Positions 1-11,327 of a stretch of DNA of 43,096 nt are shown piece after piece. Source of the stretch: an uncultured Muribaculaceae bacterium (GTDB lineage: Bacteria; Bacillota_I; Bacilli_A; RF39; UBA660); contig CAZELY010000005.1 of assembly GCA_964513345.1 (NCBI GenBank), positions 1 to 43,096 on the forward strand. The letters are read 5' to 3'. Position numbers and translations under genes: made by a program. The notes under the pieces were generated by a model. The model made no database searches. It had not been told where the DNA came from and saw only the letters and a program-made list of their open reading frames with translations. Position 1 is the stretch's first letter, and every line of letters begins with the position of its first letter.

Positions 1-152
1 ATCCTATATTTATCGGACATACATTTGCTGTTCATAATGGTAAAGAATTTATTCCAGTTTATGTAACAGAAGATATGGTTGGACATAAATTAGGTGAATT
101 CTCATTGACACGTAAATTTGGTGGACATGGCGATGACAAAAAGAAAAAATAA
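1..152 (+). CDS. rpsS: 30S ribosomal protein S19, 3' part (truncated by window edge)
   Basis: Frame from base 3 reads [42 protein letters not shown]...*, the S19 C-terminal signature; lies directly upstream of rplV. Confidence 0.97.
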   Translation, partial: PIFIGHTFAVHNGKEFIPVYVTEDMVGHKLGEFSLTRKFGGHGDDKKKK

Positions 153-175
153 AATAACCAGAAAGGATGATATAA

Positions 176-511
176 ATGGAAGCAAAAGCAATTGCTAAAG
201 GTGTTAGAATAGCGCCTAGAAAAGCTCGTCTGGTTATCGATTTAATACGTGGTAAGGACGTAGCTGAAGCAGAAACTATTTTAGCAAACCTTAATAAGGA
301 AGCTTCAAGATTAATTTCTAAAGTTTTAAAAAGTGCTACTGCCAATGCAGAAAACAATTTAGAACTAAAGAAAGAAAACTTATTTGTTAAAGAAGCTTAT
401 ATAAATGAAGGAAAAACATTAAAAAGAGGTAGAGCTGGTGCTAAAGGTAGACCAGACCCTATATTAAAAAGATCAAGCCACATCACAGTTGTGGTAGCTG
501 AAAAAAATTAA
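176..511 (+). CDS. rplV: 50S ribosomal protein L22
   Basis: [17 protein letters not shown] and [10 protein letters not shown] motifs; operon position. Confidence 0.98.
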   Translation: MEAKAIAKGVRIAPRKARLVIDLIRGKDVAEAETILANLNKEASRLISKVLKSATANAENNLELKKENLFVKEAYINEGKTLKRGRAGAKGRPDPILKRSSHITVVVAEKN

Positions 512-528
512 ATGAAGGAGGTAAACTG

Positions 529-1209
529 ATGGGTCAGAAAGTTAGTCCAGTCGGACTTAGAATCGGAATCAATAAAGGTTGGGAATCTAACTGGTATGCA
601 GAAGGTAAAGATTTCGCTAAATACCTTAATAATGATCATAAAATTCGTAAATTTTTAGAAAAAAAATTAACTGGCGCTGCAGTTTCAAATATTCTTATTG
701 AAAGAGTAGCTGGCAAGACTGAAGTTATCATTAATACAGCTAAACCTGGTGTGGTAATTGGTCATGGTGGCGATGAAATTGAAAAACTTAAAAAACAATT
801 AGCGAAAGTCGTTGATGAGGATATTCATATTTCTATTAAAGAAATTAAAAACCCTAATTTGGAAGCAGCTTTGGTTGCTGAAAGTATCGCTCATCAAATT
901 GAAAATCGTGTATCATTTAGAGTTGCGCAAAAGAAAGCAATTAGAAATGTCATGAAATCAGGAGCAAAAGGAATTAAAACCAAAGTATCTGGACGTCTAA
1001 ACGGTGTTGAAATTGCCCGTAGTGAAGGATATAAAGAAGGTGTAGTTCCACTTCATACTTTAAGAGCTGATGTTGATTATGCATCTAAGGAAGCCAATAC
1101 AATTTATGGTAAAATCGGCGTAAAAGTATGGATTTATAAAGGAGAAATCCTTCCTGAAAAGAAAAACAAGGGAGGTAATAACGATGGCAGTAATTCCAAA
1201 AAGAACTAA
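529..1209 (+). CDS. rpsC: 30S ribosomal protein S3
   Basis: [32 protein letters not shown]. Confidence 0.98.
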   Translation: MGQKVSPVGLRIGINKGWESNWYAEGKDFAKYLNNDHKIRKFLEKKLTGAAVSNILIERVAGKTEVIINTAKPGVVIGHGGDEIEKLKKQLAKVVDEDIHISIKEIKNPNLEAALVAESIAHQIENRVSFRVAQKKAIRNVMKSGAKGIKTKVSGRLNGVEIARSEGYKEGVVPLHTLRADVDYASKEANTIYGKIGVKVWIYKGEILPEKKNKGGNNDGSNSKKN

Positions 1210-1612
1210 ATATCGTAGACCGCACCGTTTAAAATATGAAGGAATGGCTCGTGGTAACCGCAAAGTTAGTTTCGGTGATTACGGACTAATGGCTATGGAA
1301 GGGGCTTGGATTACACAGCGTCAAATCGAAGCAGCCCGTGTAGCAATGACACGTTATATGAAACGTGGTGGTAAAGTATGGATTAACATTTTCCCACATT
1401 TATCATTAACTAAAAAACCACTTGAAACTCGTCAAGGTAAAGGTAAAGGTAACCCAGAAGAGTGGGTAGCTGTAGTTAAAAAGGGAAAAGTTATGTTTGA
1501 AATAGCCGGAGTAAGTGAGGAAGTAGCTAGAGAAGCATTACGTTTAGCTATGCATAAACTTCCAATTAAGTGTAAGTTTGTAATGAAAGGTGGCGAGGCA
1601 AATGAAAATTAA
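1184..1612 (+). CDS. rplP: 50S ribosomal protein L16
   Basis: [29 protein letters not shown]; GGAGG RBS upstream. Confidence 0.98.
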   Translation: MAVIPKRTKYRRPHRLKYEGMARGNRKVSFGDYGLMAMEGAWITQRQIEAARVAMTRYMKRGGKVWINIFPHLSLTKKPLETRQGKGKGNPEEWVAVVKKGKVMFEIAGVSEEVAREALRLAMHKLPIKCKFVMKGGEANEN

Positions 1613-1796
1613 TGAAATTAGAGAGTTAAGCGATGAAGATTTAAAAGCTAAAATTGCTGAAGCTAAGGAAGAATTATTTAATTTACGTTTTAGCCAAGCT
1701 ACTGGTAGTCTTGAAAAACCACACAGAATTAATGAACTTAGAAAGGCTGTCGCACGTATGAAAACAGTATTACGTGAACGTGAAATGCAAGACTAG
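1602..1796 (+). CDS. rpmC: 50S ribosomal protein L29
   Basis: EELFNLRF...[13 protein letters not shown]; ATG at 1602 after GAGG preferred over the track start at 1590. Confidence 0.95.
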   Translation: MKINEIRELSDEDLKAKIAEAKEELFNLRFSQATGSLEKPHRINELRKAVARMKTVLREREMQD

Positions 1797-1807
1797 GAGG
1801 TTATATT

Positions 1808-2062
1808 ATGGAAAGAAAACATGAATTAATCGGTAAAGTAGTAAGCGCATCAAACGATAAAACTATTACAGTTTTAGTAGAAACTTACACAAAAGCAAAA
1901 CTTTATGGCAAAAGAGCTAAATACTCTAAAAAATATGCTGCACACGATGCAAAAAATGAAGCCGCTGTTGGCGACACAGTAAGAATTGCAGAGACTAGAC
2001 CACTTTCTAAAACTAAACATTATCGTTTAGTAGAAGTTGTTGAAAAAGCAGTTATTCTATAA
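1808..2062 (+). CDS. rpsQ: 30S ribosomal protein S17
   Basis: [20 protein letters not shown]. Confidence 0.98.
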   Translation: MERKHELIGKVVSASNDKTITVLVETYTKAKLYGKRAKYSKKYAAHDAKNEAAVGDTVRIAETRPLSKTKHYRLVEVVEKAVIL

Positions 2063-2081
2063 ACTTTGAAGGAGGAATAAT

Positions 2082-2450
2082 ATGATTCAATCTGAAACCG
2101 TATTAAAAGTTGCTGACAATTCTGGAGCTCGTAAATTACTAGTAATTGGAGTGATGGGTGGCAGCAAAGTTAAAACCGGTAATATTGGAGATATAGTTGT
2201 CGGAACTGTTAAACAAGCAACACCTAATGGAAACATTAAAAAAGGTCAAGTTGTTAAAGCAGTTATCGTTAGAACTAAACAAGGTCTAAGACGTGATGAT
2301 GGTTCTTATATCAAATTTGATGATAATGCCTGCATTATTATTAAGGAAGATAAATCACCAATCGGAACACGTGTATTCGGACCAATCGCGAGAGAACTTC
2401 GTGACAAAGATTTTATGAAAATAGTATCACTTGCTAAAGAAGTACTATAA
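2082..2450 (+). CDS. rplN: 50S ribosomal protein L14
   Basis: [25 protein letters not shown]. Confidence 0.98.
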   Translation: MIQSETVLKVADNSGARKLLVIGVMGGSKVKTGNIGDIVVGTVKQATPNGNIKKGQVVKAVIVRTKQGLRRDDGSYIKFDDNACIIIKEDKSPIGTRVFGPIARELRDKDFMKIVSLAKEVL

Positions 2451-2467
2451 TCGTTTGGAGGAATAAT

Positions 2468-2776
2468 ATGAAATTAAAACAAGGAGATAAAGTAGTTGTC
2501 ATTGCCGGTAAAGACAAAGGCAAAGAAGGCAAAATTATTAAAACCCTTAAAGCAGATGATAAAGTCATCGTTGAAGGTGTTAATATCGCCCATAAGCATG
2601 TTAAACCAAACGGTGGACAAAATGGTGAAATTATCGAAATTGAAAGACCAATACATGTAAGTAATGTTATGATAGTTGATCCAAAAACTAAAAAGGGAAC
2701 AAGAATAGGACACACTACTGATAAAAATGGCAAAAAAATAAGAGTGTCAAGAAAATCAAACGAAAAACTTGACTAA
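2468..2776 (+). CDS. rplX: 50S ribosomal protein L24
   Basis: [17 protein letters not shown] motif, PIHVSNV. Confidence 0.98.
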   Translation: MKLKQGDKVVVIAGKDKGKEGKIIKTLKADDKVIVEGVNIAHKHVKPNGGQNGEIIEIERPIHVSNVMIVDPKTKKGTRIGHTTDKNGKKIRVSRKSNEKLD

Positions 2777-2796
2777 AACCTGAAAGGAGGGTATAT

Positions 2797-3336
2797 ATGA
2801 ACCGCCTACATGAAAAATATAATAAAGAAATAAAAGGTAGTTTAAAAGAAAAATATGGATATAAAAGCGACATGGAAACACCAAAATTAGAAAAGATTGT
2901 TGTTAACATGGGCGTTGGAGACGCTACTGCCAATTCTAAATTTTTAGAAGCAGCTGTAGATGATTTGACTATAATCACTGGTCAAAAACCAGTAATTACA
3001 AAAGCTAAAAAAGCTATTGCGGGATTTAAAGTTCGTGCTGGACAACCAATTGGTTGTAAAGTAACTTTAAGAGGTGAAAACATGTATAACTTTTTAGATA
3101 AACTAATTAGTATTACATTACCTCGTGTTAGAGACTTTAGAGGAATAAGCCCAAAATCATTTGATGGAAGAGGAAACTATACTTTAGGTCTTAACGAACA
3201 ATTAATTTTCTCAGAAATAGATTATGATAAGGTTGTTAAAGTTCGTGGTATGGATATCATTTTTGTAACAACCGCTAAAACTAATGACGAAGCATTAGAT
3301 TTATTAAAAGGTTTCGGAATGCCATTTAAAAAATAA
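2797..3336 (+). CDS. rplE: 50S ribosomal protein L5
   Basis: [25 protein letters not shown]. Confidence 0.98.
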   Translation: MNRLHEKYNKEIKGSLKEKYGYKSDMETPKLEKIVVNMGVGDATANSKFLEAAVDDLTIITGQKPVITKAKKAIAGFKVRAGQPIGCKVTLRGENMYNFLDKLISITLPRVRDFRGISPKSFDGRGNYTLGLNEQLIFSEIDYDKVVKVRGMDIIFVTTAKTNDEALDLLKGFGMPFKK

Positions 3337-3352
3337 ATTTTAGGAGGAAATT

Positions 3353-3538
3353 ATGGCTAGAAAAAGTATGATAGTAAAAGCTAACAGAAAACCAAAATAC
3401 AAAGTTCGTGCCTACACAAGATGTTCTATTTGTGGAAGACCACACTCTGTATTAAAAAAATATGGCATTTGCCGTATTTGCTTCAGGGAGTTAGCTTATA
3501 AAGGACAAATACCAGGAGTTACTAAATCAAGTTGGTAA
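3353..3538 (+). CDS. rpsN: 30S ribosomal protein S14, zinc-binding type
   Basis: 61 aa with CSIC...CRIC zinc ribbon, ends IPGVTKSSW. Confidence 0.98.
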   Translation: MARKSMIVKANRKPKYKVRAYTRCSICGRPHSVLKKYGICRICFRELAYKGQIPGVTKSSW

Positions 3539-3560
3539 TTCTTACGGAAGGAGGATATTT

Positions 3561-3950
3561 ATGACAGATCCAATCGCTGATATGCTTACAAGAATTCGTA
3601 ATGCAAATCAAATGCGATATGCAGAAGTAGAAGTGCCTGCTTCAAAAATGAAAGAAGAAATCGCAAGGATTTTAAAAGAAGAGGGCTACATCGCTGATTA
3701 TAAAATTGAAAAAGGCGATGTTCAAAATAATATTGTTTTAAACTTAAAATATGACAAAAAAACACGTGTTATAACTGGTATTAAAAGAATTTCAAAACCA
3801 GGATTACGTGTATATGCAAAAGCTAGTGAAATGCCACAAGTATTAAATGGATTAGGTATCGCTATCGTGTCTACATCTAAAGGTGTTATGACTGGTAAAG
3901 ATGCCAAAGCTAAAAGTCTTGGTGGTGAAGTATTAGCTTACGTTTGGTAG
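3561..3950 (+). CDS. rpsH: 30S ribosomal protein S8
   Basis: [32 protein letters not shown]. Confidence 0.98.
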   Translation: MTDPIADMLTRIRNANQMRYAEVEVPASKMKEEIARILKEEGYIADYKIEKGDVQNNIVLNLKYDKKTRVITGIKRISKPGLRVYAKASEMPQVLNGLGIAIVSTSKGVMTGKDAKAKSLGGEVLAYVW

Positions 3951-3963
3951 AAAGGATGGTAAT

Positions 3964-4494
3964 ATGAGCCGTATTGGAAACAGAATATTAAGTATTCCAG
4001 AAGGAGTAACGATTACTTCAGAGGGAAACAAAATTACTGTAAAAGGTCCAAAGGGAGAACTTTCTACTGAAATTAATGAAAATATAAATGTTAAAGTAGA
4101 AGGTAATGAAGTTACTATTGAAAGAAATAGCGATGAATTTAAAAACTTCCACGGAACTGCTAATGCTAATATTAATAATATGATTATTGGCGTAACAAAA
4201 GGCTTTGAAAAAGCACTAGAAACAGTTGGCGTTGGTTACCGTTTTAATGTTCAAGGGAAAAAACTAGTAGTTACTGCTGGTTATTCACACCCAGTAAATG
4301 TAGAAATCCCTGAAGGCATTAGTGTAGAGGCACCAAGTAATACTGAACTAGTTATTAAAGGAATTGACAAAAGATTAGTTGGTGAATTTGCCGCTAACGT
4401 TAGAAAAATAAGAAAACCAGAACCATATAAAGGAAAAGGTATTCGTTACAAAGACGAACACATTATCCGTAAAGTTGGTAAGAAAGCTGCTTAA
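3964..4494 (+). CDS. rplF: 50S ribosomal protein L6
   Basis: [25 protein letters not shown]. Confidence 0.98.
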   Translation: MSRIGNRILSIPEGVTITSEGNKITVKGPKGELSTEINENINVKVEGNEVTIERNSDEFKNFHGTANANINNMIIGVTKGFEKALETVGVGYRFNVQGKKLVVTAGYSHPVNVEIPEGISVEAPSNTELVIKGIDKRLVGEFAANVRKIRKPEPYKGKGIRYKDEHIIRKVGKKAA

Positions 4495-4511
4495 TAGGAA
4501 GGAGAGGTATT

Positions 4512-4874
4512 ATGATAAAAAAAGAAAGTCGTAACAAAGTACGTCAAGCAAGACATACGAGAGTTAGAAATAAAGTTCAAGGAACTAGTGAAACTCCAAG
4601 ACTTAACGTATTTAGATCTAACAGCAATATCTTTGCGCAAATCATTGATGACGTTGAAGGTAAAACTTTAGTAAGTGCTTCTTCTATCGATAAAGAATTA
4701 AAGCTTGAAAACGGTGGAAACGTTGAAGCAGCTACAAAAGTTGGAGAGTTAATTGCTAAAAGAGCAAAAAAAGCAAAAATTACAAAAGTTGTATTCGACA
4801 GAGGCGGATACTTATATCATGGTCGTGTAAAAGCATTAGCTGATGCTGCTCGCGAAAATGGATTAGAATTCTAA
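4512..4874 (+). CDS. rplR: 50S ribosomal protein L18
   Basis: [36 protein letters not shown]. Confidence 0.98.
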   Translation: MIKKESRNKVRQARHTRVRNKVQGTSETPRLNVFRSNSNIFAQIIDDVEGKTLVSASSIDKELKLENGGNVEAATKVGELIAKRAKKAKITKVVFDRGGYLYHGRVKALADAARENGLEF

Positions 4875-4888
4875 AAGGAGGAAACGAA

Positions 4889-5395
4889 GTGGATACAAGA
4901 AAAAGAGAACCTCGTCCAAAATTATACGATGATGAAGTAATCGCAATCAATCGTATTAATAAGGTAACGAAGGGTGGAAGACTTTTACGTTTCTCTGCTA
5001 CTGTAGTTGTCGGTGACAGAAAAGGCAAAGTTGGTATCGGATCAGGAAAAGCTAAAGAAGTACCAGATGCTATTAAAAAAGCCACAGCTGCTGCCACTAA
5101 AAACATTACGAAAGTGGCATTAGTAGATGAACACACAATCCCACATGAAGCAATCGGTACAAGAGGTGCTAGTAAAGTTATGCTTAAACCAGCATCAAAA
5201 GGTACTGGAGTAAAAGCAGGAGGCCCAGTTAGAGCCGTATTGGAACTTGCTGGCGTTAAAGACATTTTATCTAAATCATTAGGTTCAAACACCAAAATTA
5301 ATATGGCATATGCAACATTAAATGCATTAAAAATGCAAAAAACTGTTGAAGAAGTTGCAAGACTTAGAGGTAAAAAAGTGGAGGAGATTTTATAA
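4889..5395 (+). CDS. rpsE: 30S ribosomal protein S5
   Basis: [33 protein letters not shown]; GTG start after AGGAGG. Confidence 0.98.
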   Translation: MDTRKREPRPKLYDDEVIAINRINKVTKGGRLLRFSATVVVGDRKGKVGIGSGKAKEVPDAIKKATAAATKNITKVALVDEHTIPHEAIGTRGASKVMLKPASKGTGVKAGGPVRAVLELAGVKDILSKSLGSNTKINMAYATLNALKMQKTVEEVARLRGKKVEEIL

Positions 5396-5838
5396 TGAAA
5401 TTAAACAGTGTAAAACCAAATCCATATGCAACTAAAGCACGTAAAAGAGTAGGTCGTGGACCAGGATCAGGAACAGGAAAAACTGCTGGTCGTGGTGAGA
5501 ACGGACAAAACTCAAGAAGTGGTGGCGGAGTTAGAATTGGCTTTGAAGGAGGTCAAACACCTTTATTCAGAAGACTTCCAAAAAGAGGATTCAACAATGC
5601 CAGATTTAAAAAAGTATATGCAGTTATTAATTTAGATGATTTAAATAAATTTGAAGATGGTGCTGAAGTAACACCAGAAATCTTAAAAAATGCGGGATTA
5701 GTTAAGAATACATTAGATGGGCTTAAAGTATTAGGTAATGGTACTTTAAAGAAAAAGTTAAACGTTAAAGCTCACAAATTTTCTAAATCAGCTCAAGAGC
5801 AAATAGAAAAATTAGGTGGAAAAGCTGAGGTGATCTAA
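5395..5838 (+). CDS. rplO: 50S ribosomal protein L15
   Basis: [35 protein letters not shown]; start overlaps the rpsE stop (TAATG). Confidence 0.98.
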   Translation: MKLNSVKPNPYATKARKRVGRGPGSGTGKTAGRGENGQNSRSGGGVRIGFEGGQTPLFRRLPKRGFNNARFKKVYAVINLDDLNKFEDGAEVTPEILKNAGLVKNTLDGLKVLGNGTLKKKLNVKAHKFSKSAQEQIEKLGGKAEVI

Positions 5839-7104
5839 TTGAAGTCACTAACGCAAATATTTAGTCCAGCTAATAAGGACTTACGTAAAAAATTATATTT
5901 TACATTCTTTTGCTTATTTATATTCAAAGTGGGTACAGCAGTAGTTGTACCAGGAGTAGATAACGAAAACTTAAATGTTGGTTTTCTACAATTATTAGAC
6001 ATGATGGGTGGCGGAGCCATGCAAAATTTCTCAATTTTTGCCCTTGGCGTTATGCCATACATCACCGCATCAATCGTGATGCAATTATTACAAATGGATA
6101 TTGTTCCATATTTTACTGAACTTTCAAAGCAAGGACAAACAGGTAGAAATAAAATCAATCAAATAACAAGAATTTTAGGTATTATTTTAGCTTTTGTTCA
6201 AGGATACATGTTCTCATTTGCTTTCATGAAAAATGGAACTGTAATTGATTACTTAGAAGTATCTTTAGTACTAACAGCTGGAACATCACTACTTCTTTGG
6301 ATTGGTGATCAAATTACTATGAAAGGCCTTGGTAATGGAATTTCAATGATAATCATGGCTGGTATTTTAGCAAGTATTCCATATGCTTTTACAGAAGCAT
6401 GGAGAACTTTAGTTGATACCGCTACGACACAAACAATTTTCTTAGGAGTTATTTCATTTAGTATATTTGTACTAGTTTATGTTGCAATTATGTTAGGAGT
6501 ACTTTATGTTCAACTAGCAGAAAGAAGACTTCCGGTACAATATGCTAATAAAACGCATAGTTCTACATTAAGTGGTAAAGCAACATATATGCCATTTAGA
6601 TTAAACTCAGCCGGAGTTATCCCAGTTATTTTTGCATCAGCATTAATATCTGTTCCAGCGTTGATTGCTCAATTTTCGAAAAATGACGCTTGGATGGCAT
6701 TCGTTAATAAATGGTTAAGCTTATCATCAGTTCCAGGATTTATATTATTTATAATCTTTGTAATAGCATTTACGTATTTCTATACGTTTGTTACGATTAA
6801 ACCGAAAGAATTATCAGAAAACTTACAAAAAAGTGGAGGTTATATTCCGGGTGTAAGGCCAGGTGCTGAAACTGAAAAATATGTAAGTAAAGTATTAATC
6901 AGAATAACGGTTGTCGGTTCTATTTTCCTAGCAGTTATTGCTGGTCTTCCATATGTATTTGGGGCATTTACAACATTGCCAACAAGCGTAAGAATGGGAG
7001 GAACTGGATTAATGATCGTAGTTTCTGTTGTGTTAGAAGCGTATAAACAACTTGAAAGTAATTTAATTAGCCGTGGTTATAAAAGTAGGAGAGTGCACTC
7101 TTGA
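5839..7104 (+). CDS. secY: preprotein translocase subunit SecY
   Basis: SIFALGVMPYITASIVMQLL, GLGNGISMII, GVIPVIFA, IPGVRPG; TTG start. Confidence 0.97.
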   Translation: MKSLTQIFSPANKDLRKKLYFTFFCLFIFKVGTAVVVPGVDNENLNVGFLQLLDMMGGGAMQNFSIFALGVMPYITASIVMQLLQMDIVPYFTELSKQGQTGRNKINQITRILGIILAFVQGYMFSFAFMKNGTVIDYLEVSLVLTAGTSLLLWIGDQITMKGLGNGISMIIMAGILASIPYAFTEAWRTLVDTATTQTIFLGVISFSIFVLVYVAIMLGVLYVQLAERRLPVQYANKTHSSTLSGKATYMPFRLNSAGVIPVIFASALISVPALIAQFSKNDAWMAFVNKWLSLSSVPGFILFIIFVIAFTYFYTFVTIKPKELSENLQKSGGYIPGVRPGAETEKYVSKVLIRITVVGSIFLAVIAGLPYVFGAFTTLPTSVRMGGTGLMIVVSVVLEAYKQLESNLISRGYKSRRVHS

Positions 7105-7727
7105 TTATCACTTTTATAGCCCCGCCAGCGGCTGGTAAGGGGACACACGCTTTAAAAGTGAGCCAAAAACTAGGCATTCCACATTTATCAACAGGAGATC
7201 TTTTACGTAATGTTGAAGATGAAAAGATAAAAAAACAAATGCTTGAGGGTTCACTAATAAGTGATGACACGGTGTTTGAATTATTGAAAGAAAGAATAAA
7301 AAGGGAAGATTGTAAAAACGGCTATGTGTTAGATGGCTTTCCAAGGAATTTAAATCAAGCAAAATTATTAGATGAAATTATTGATAATAATATGATGGTT
7401 ATAATTTTAGATTTAGAAAAAGATGTAGCCGAAAAAAGGATAATAGGGCGAAGAAGCTGTCCAGAATGTGGTGCAGTTTTCAATGAATTAGTTGATAGCG
7501 CTAAACCAAAAGTTTCAGGAATTTGCGATAATTGTTCTCATGAATTAATTAGTCGCGCTGATGATAACATTGAAACATTTAATGAGCGTTATCAAACATA
7601 TTTAAAAGAAACATATCCATTAATTAATTATTATGAAGAAAAAGGTATTGCCTATCATGTTGATAGTTCAAAAAGCATTGATAATACCTTTAGTGAAATC
7701 GAGGGAATATTAAATGATAACCATTAA
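7101..7727 (+). CDS. adk: adenylate kinase with Zn-binding LID
   Basis: P-loop [25 protein letters not shown]...CDNC LID. Confidence 0.96.
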   Translation: MIITFIAPPAAGKGTHALKVSQKLGIPHLSTGDLLRNVEDEKIKKQMLEGSLISDDTVFELLKERIKREDCKNGYVLDGFPRNLNQAKLLDEIIDNNMMVIILDLEKDVAEKRIIGRRSCPECGAVFNELVDSAKPKVSGICDNCSHELISRADDNIETFNERYQTYLKETYPLINYYEEKGIAYHVDSSKSIDNTFSEIEGILNDNH

Positions 7728-8460
7728 AAGTCCAAGAGAGATTGAACTTTTAAGAATTGCTGGTGAAATAACAGGTAGTACACATAATTATTTAAAACCT
7801 TATATTAAGCCAGGAATTACGACTAAAGAATTAGACACTTTAGCTGAAGAATATATTTTAAGTAGGGATGCAACTCCATCTTTTAAAGGTTATGATGGTT
7901 TTCCAGGTACTGTTTGTATTTCGATTAATGAGGAAGTAGTTCATGGAATTCCAGGAAATCGCAAATTAAAAGAAGGGGACATTGTTACTTTAGATATAGG
8001 GGCCTGTTATAAAGGCTATCATGGTGATTCAGCATGGACTTATGCTGTAGGTAAAATATCAGATGAAAAACAAAAATTAATGGATGTAACTAAAGAATCT
8101 TTATTTAAAGGTTTAGAACAAGTCAAAGCCGGCAATAGAATAGGCGATATTGGCCATGCTGTTCAAGAATATGCAGAAAGCTTTGGCTATGGAGTGGTTA
8201 GAGAATTGGTAGGTCATGGCGTTGGTACTGATGTTCATGAAGAACCAGATGTACCAAATTATGGTAAAGCCCACACCGGACCAATTTTAAAAGAAGGTAT
8301 GGTTATTGCAGTTGAGCCCATGATTACTATGGGGGATAAAGCTATTTGTATTTTAGATGACGACTGGACGATTATCACACAAGATGAAAAGCCAGCTGCG
8401 CATTTTGAACATACCGTTGTAGTTACAAAAGAAGGATATGAAATATTAACCAGGAGGTGA
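7714..8460 (+). CDS. map: methionine aminopeptidase type I
   Basis: [32 protein letters not shown]. Confidence 0.97.
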   Translation: MITIKSPREIELLRIAGEITGSTHNYLKPYIKPGITTKELDTLAEEYILSRDATPSFKGYDGFPGTVCISINEEVVHGIPGNRKLKEGDIVTLDIGACYKGYHGDSAWTYAVGKISDEKQKLMDVTKESLFKGLEQVKAGNRIGDIGHAVQEYAESFGYGVVRELVGHGVGTDVHEEPDVPNYGKAHTGPILKEGMVIAVEPMITMGDKAICILDDDWTIITQDEKPAAHFEHTVVVTKEGYEILTRR

Positions 8461-8464
8461 TAAA

Positions 8465-8683
8465 ATGGCCAAACAAGATGTAATTGAAGTTCAAGGCGTT
8501 GTAACGGAAGTTATTCCAGGTGGCGACTTGCTAGTACAACTTGAAAACAAACATGTTATTAAAGCTCGCGTTTCTGGTAAAATGCGTTTAAACCATATTC
8601 GTGTTTTAAAAGGTGACAAAGTAACAGTTGAATTATCACCTTATGATTTAACACGCGGGCGAATAACCTATAGAATACCATAG
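8465..8683 (+). CDS. infA: translation initiation factor IF-1
   Basis: [27 protein letters not shown]. Confidence 0.98.
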   Translation: MAKQDVIEVQGVVTEVIPGGDLLVQLENKHVIKARVSGKMRLNHIRVLKGDKVTVELSPYDLTRGRITYRIP

Positions 8684-8693
8684 GAGGGATAAA

Positions 8694-8807
8694 ATGAAAG
8701 TAAGACCATCAGTCAAAAAAATGTGTGACAAATGCAAAATAATTAGAAGACATGGAAAAGTTTATGTTATTTGTGAAAATCCTAAACATAAACAAAGACA
8801 AGGTTAA
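8694..8807 (+). CDS. rpmJ: 50S ribosomal protein L36 (not in ORF track)
   Basis: Translated by hand: [37 protein letters not shown]; AGGAGG RBS. Confidence 0.98.
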   Translation: MKVRPSVKKMCDKCKIIRRHGKVYVICENPKHKQRQG

Positions 8808-8818
8808 GGAGGAAAGTA

Positions 8819-9184
8819 ATGGCACGTATTAAAGGTGTAGATATACCTAATAACAAAAGAATTGAAATAGCTTTAACTTACATCCACGGTGTTGGTAGAA
8901 GCTTATCAAATCAAATCTTAAAAGATGCTAAAATTGATAAAGATAAAAAAGCTGGCGAGTTAACTAACGATGAGTTAGTAGCAATCCGTGCTGAAATTGA
9001 TAAATATTTAACTGAAGGTGATTTACGTCGTGAAGTTAATATGAATATCAAAACTAAAATGGAAATTAATTCTTATCAAGGAACTCGTCACAAAAGAGGT
9101 TTACCTGTAAGAGGACAAAGAACTAGTAGAAATGCGCGTACTCGTAAAGGTAAAGCTGTAACGATTGCTAATAAAAAGAAATAA
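8819..9184 (+). CDS. rpsM: 30S ribosomal protein S13
   Basis: [36 protein letters not shown]. Confidence 0.98.
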   Translation: MARIKGVDIPNNKRIEIALTYIHGVGRSLSNQILKDAKIDKDKKAGELTNDELVAIRAEIDKYLTEGDLRREVNMNIKTKMEINSYQGTRHKRGLPVRGQRTSRNARTRKGKAVTIANKKK

Positions 9185-9206
9185 TAAATGAAGGAGGTTA
9201 TTATAC

Positions 9207-9590
9207 ATGGCTTATAAAGCAAGAAAACGTAAAGTTAAGAAAAATGTACCAGAAGGAAAAGCCTTTATTCATTCAACTTTCAACAACACTATCGTAACGC
9301 TTACTGATAAAGAAGGTAATGCAATATCATGGGCATCTGCTGGAACATTAGGTATAAAAGGTAGTAAAAAATCAACTCCATTCGCAGCTGGTCAAGCTGC
9401 TGAAGCAGCAGGAAGAGCTGCTTATGATATGGGTATGAGAAAAGTTGAAGTATTTGCTAAAGGATTGGGTTCTGGACGTGAAACTGCGATTCGTTCATTA
9501 CAAACTGCAGGATTAGAGATCACTTCTATTTCTGATACAACACCAATTCCACATAATGGTTGTCGTCCACCAAAACGACCACGTGGTTAA
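9207..9590 (+). CDS. rpsK: 30S ribosomal protein S11
   Basis: [28 protein letters not shown]. Confidence 0.98.
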   Translation: MAYKARKRKVKKNVPEGKAFIHSTFNNTIVTLTDKEGNAISWASAGTLGIKGSKKSTPFAAGQAAEAAGRAAYDMGMRKVEVFAKGLGSGRETAIRSLQTAGLEITSISDTTPIPHNGCRPPKRPRG

Positions 9591-9607
9591 AAGGAAGGGG
9601 AGTTAAT

Positions 9608-10558
9608 ATGTTAAATTTTGAAAAACCAGAATACAAAATAACTGAATATGTTGAAAATAATAATTATGGAAAATTTGAACTAGAACCTTTAGAAAGAGGT
9701 TTTGGTATGACGCTTGGTAATGCACTTAGAAGAGTAATGTTATCAAGTATGCCAGGAAGTGCAATTGTAGCTGTAAAAATTGAAGGTGTAATGCACGAAT
9801 TCCAAACAATCGAAGGAATTGTTGAGGATGTTACGGCAATAGTTCTTAATCTAAAGAGTATTGTTATAAAAAATCACTCTGAAGAAATTAAAACTGCTAA
9901 ATTATCGGTTAGCGAAGAACGTGTTGTAACTGCAGCTGATATAGTTTGCGATGCTGACATTGAAATAATTAATCCAAATCAAGTTATTGCGACTTTATCT
10001 AAAGGTGGTAAATTAGATATGGAATTCATTATTGCAAATGGTAGAGGAGCTGTTCTTTCACAAGAAAACAAAAAATACATTGAAGGTAAAGAAATTGGCT
10101 TTATTCCAATAGACGCTTTATATTCACCAATCGAAAGAATCAACTACTATGTTGATAGTGCTCGTGTTGGACAAGACGCATCATACGATAAATTAACAAT
10201 GGAAGTTGAAACAAACGGATCTATTAGACCAGAAGAAGCAATGGCTTTAGGTGCTAAAATTTTAATTGAACATTTAAATATTGTTACTAATTTAAGTGAA
10301 ATCGCTGATATTACTGGTATTATGAATGCTAAACAAGAAGATAGTAAACTTAAGAAATTAGAAACATCAATAGATGATTTAGATTTCTCTGTTAGAGCTT
10401 ATAACTGTCTAAAAAGAGCTAACATTAATACATTAGGCGATTTAACAGAAAAAACTGAATTAGAAATGATGAAAATACGTAATTTAGGTAAAAAATCTTT
10501 AAAAGAGGTTATCGATAAAATTAAAGATATGGGACTTAAATTCCGTGATGAAGATTAG
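9608..10558 (+). CDS. rpoA: RNA polymerase subunit alpha
   Basis: EPLERGFGMTLGNALRRVMLSS, SVRAYNCLKRA, RNLGKKS; ATG at 9608 after GGGGAG preferred over the track start. Confidence 0.98.
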   Translation: MLNFEKPEYKITEYVENNNYGKFELEPLERGFGMTLGNALRRVMLSSMPGSAIVAVKIEGVMHEFQTIEGIVEDVTAIVLNLKSIVIKNHSEEIKTAKLSVSEERVVTAADIVCDADIEIINPNQVIATLSKGGKLDMEFIIANGRGAVLSQENKKYIEGKEIGFIPIDALYSPIERINYYVDSARVGQDASYDKLTMEVETNGSIRPEEAMALGAKILIEHLNIVTNLSEIADITGIMNAKQEDSKLKKLETSIDDLDFSVRAYNCLKRANINTLGDLTEKTELEMMKIRNLGKKSLKEVIDKIKDMGLKFRDED

Positions 10559-10573
10559 TTAGGAGGAAAAAAC

Positions 10574-10930
10574 ATGGCTTATAGAAAATTAGGACGCGAT
10601 AACAAGCATAGAAGAAGTATGCTTGCCAATCTAACTAGAGATATTATCAATAATGAAAAAGTAATCACTACTGAAACAAGAGCTAAAGAAGCTCGTAAGT
10701 TTGTTGATAAAATGATTACTTACGGTAAAGATGGTTCACTAGTTGCTAGAAGAAAAGCCTTAGCTTTTTTACAAAATGATAAAGCTACTGTTAAAAAAGT
10801 CTTTGATGATTTAGCAGTAAGATATCAAAATAGAAAAGGTGGCTACACTAGAATTTTAAAAATTGATGAACGCCGTGGCGATGATGCTTTAATGGTTCAA
10901 ATTGAACTTGTAGAAGGGGATGCTAAATAA
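10574..10930 (+). CDS. rplQ: 50S ribosomal protein L17
   Basis: [30 protein letters not shown]. Confidence 0.98.
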   Translation: MAYRKLGRDNKHRRSMLANLTRDIINNEKVITTETRAKEARKFVDKMITYGKDGSLVARRKALAFLQNDKATVKKVFDDLAVRYQNRKGGYTRILKIDERRGDDALMVQIELVEGDAK

Positions 10931-10943
10931 GCATCTTTTTTTT
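10916..10943 (+). terminator. intrinsic terminator of the ribosomal superoperon
   Basis: GATGC-taaataa-GCATC hairpin followed by a T run. Confidence 0.75.
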
Positions 10944-10982
10944 ATGAAAAAATAATGTTATAATAACCTCGAGGTGCATAAT

Positions 10983-11327
10983 ATGGACTTTAATGTGTTG
11001 TGGAAAAGTTATGATGACAAAATCACTTGCATTGTTGGTCATTTGGCCTATGCTATAGAAGATAGATTTTGGAGTTTTTCATATGATCAAAAGGGTTTTA
11101 TTGAAGCCTATCAATATGGATTTCGTGGTTTTTCAGAGTTTCCATTTTTAGATGGGGAGTACCACAGTAAAAGATTGTTTCCAGTCTTTGAAGAACGAAT
11201 TTTTAAAAAGCGCAATGCAATTTTAACTGAAGAGCAAAAGGCTCAATTACTTATCGTTAATAATGCTAAATTAAAAACAGATAAAATTAATATAGAAAGC
11301 AAGCAAAAAACATATGGAAAGAATTGA
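10983..11327 (+). CDS. HipS/HipA N-terminal-subdomain-like small protein (putative antitoxin)
   Basis: Pattern W..IVGHL..FSY..GF..FP...Y.S..LFPVF..R resembles HipS-like domains; overlaps the kinase start; extended -10 TGtTATAAT at 10956-10964 and GAGGTG RBS before ATG 10983. Confidence 0.6.
   Translation: MDFNVLWKSYDDKITCIVGHLAYAIEDRFWSFSYDQKGFIEAYQYGFRGFSEFPFLDGEYHSKRLFPVFEERIFKKRNAILTEEQKAQLLIVNNAKLKTDKINIESKQKTYGKN

Noticed and set aside
49-7362. Minus-strand ORFs opposite ribosomal genes, secY and adk (e.g. 49..357, 4780..5295, 5835..6158)
   Set aside because: Antisense shadows of highly conserved genes, with no recognisable motifs
9590-9608. Absence of rpsD between rpsK and rpoA
   Set aside because: Normal for Bacilli, where rpsD lies elsewhere
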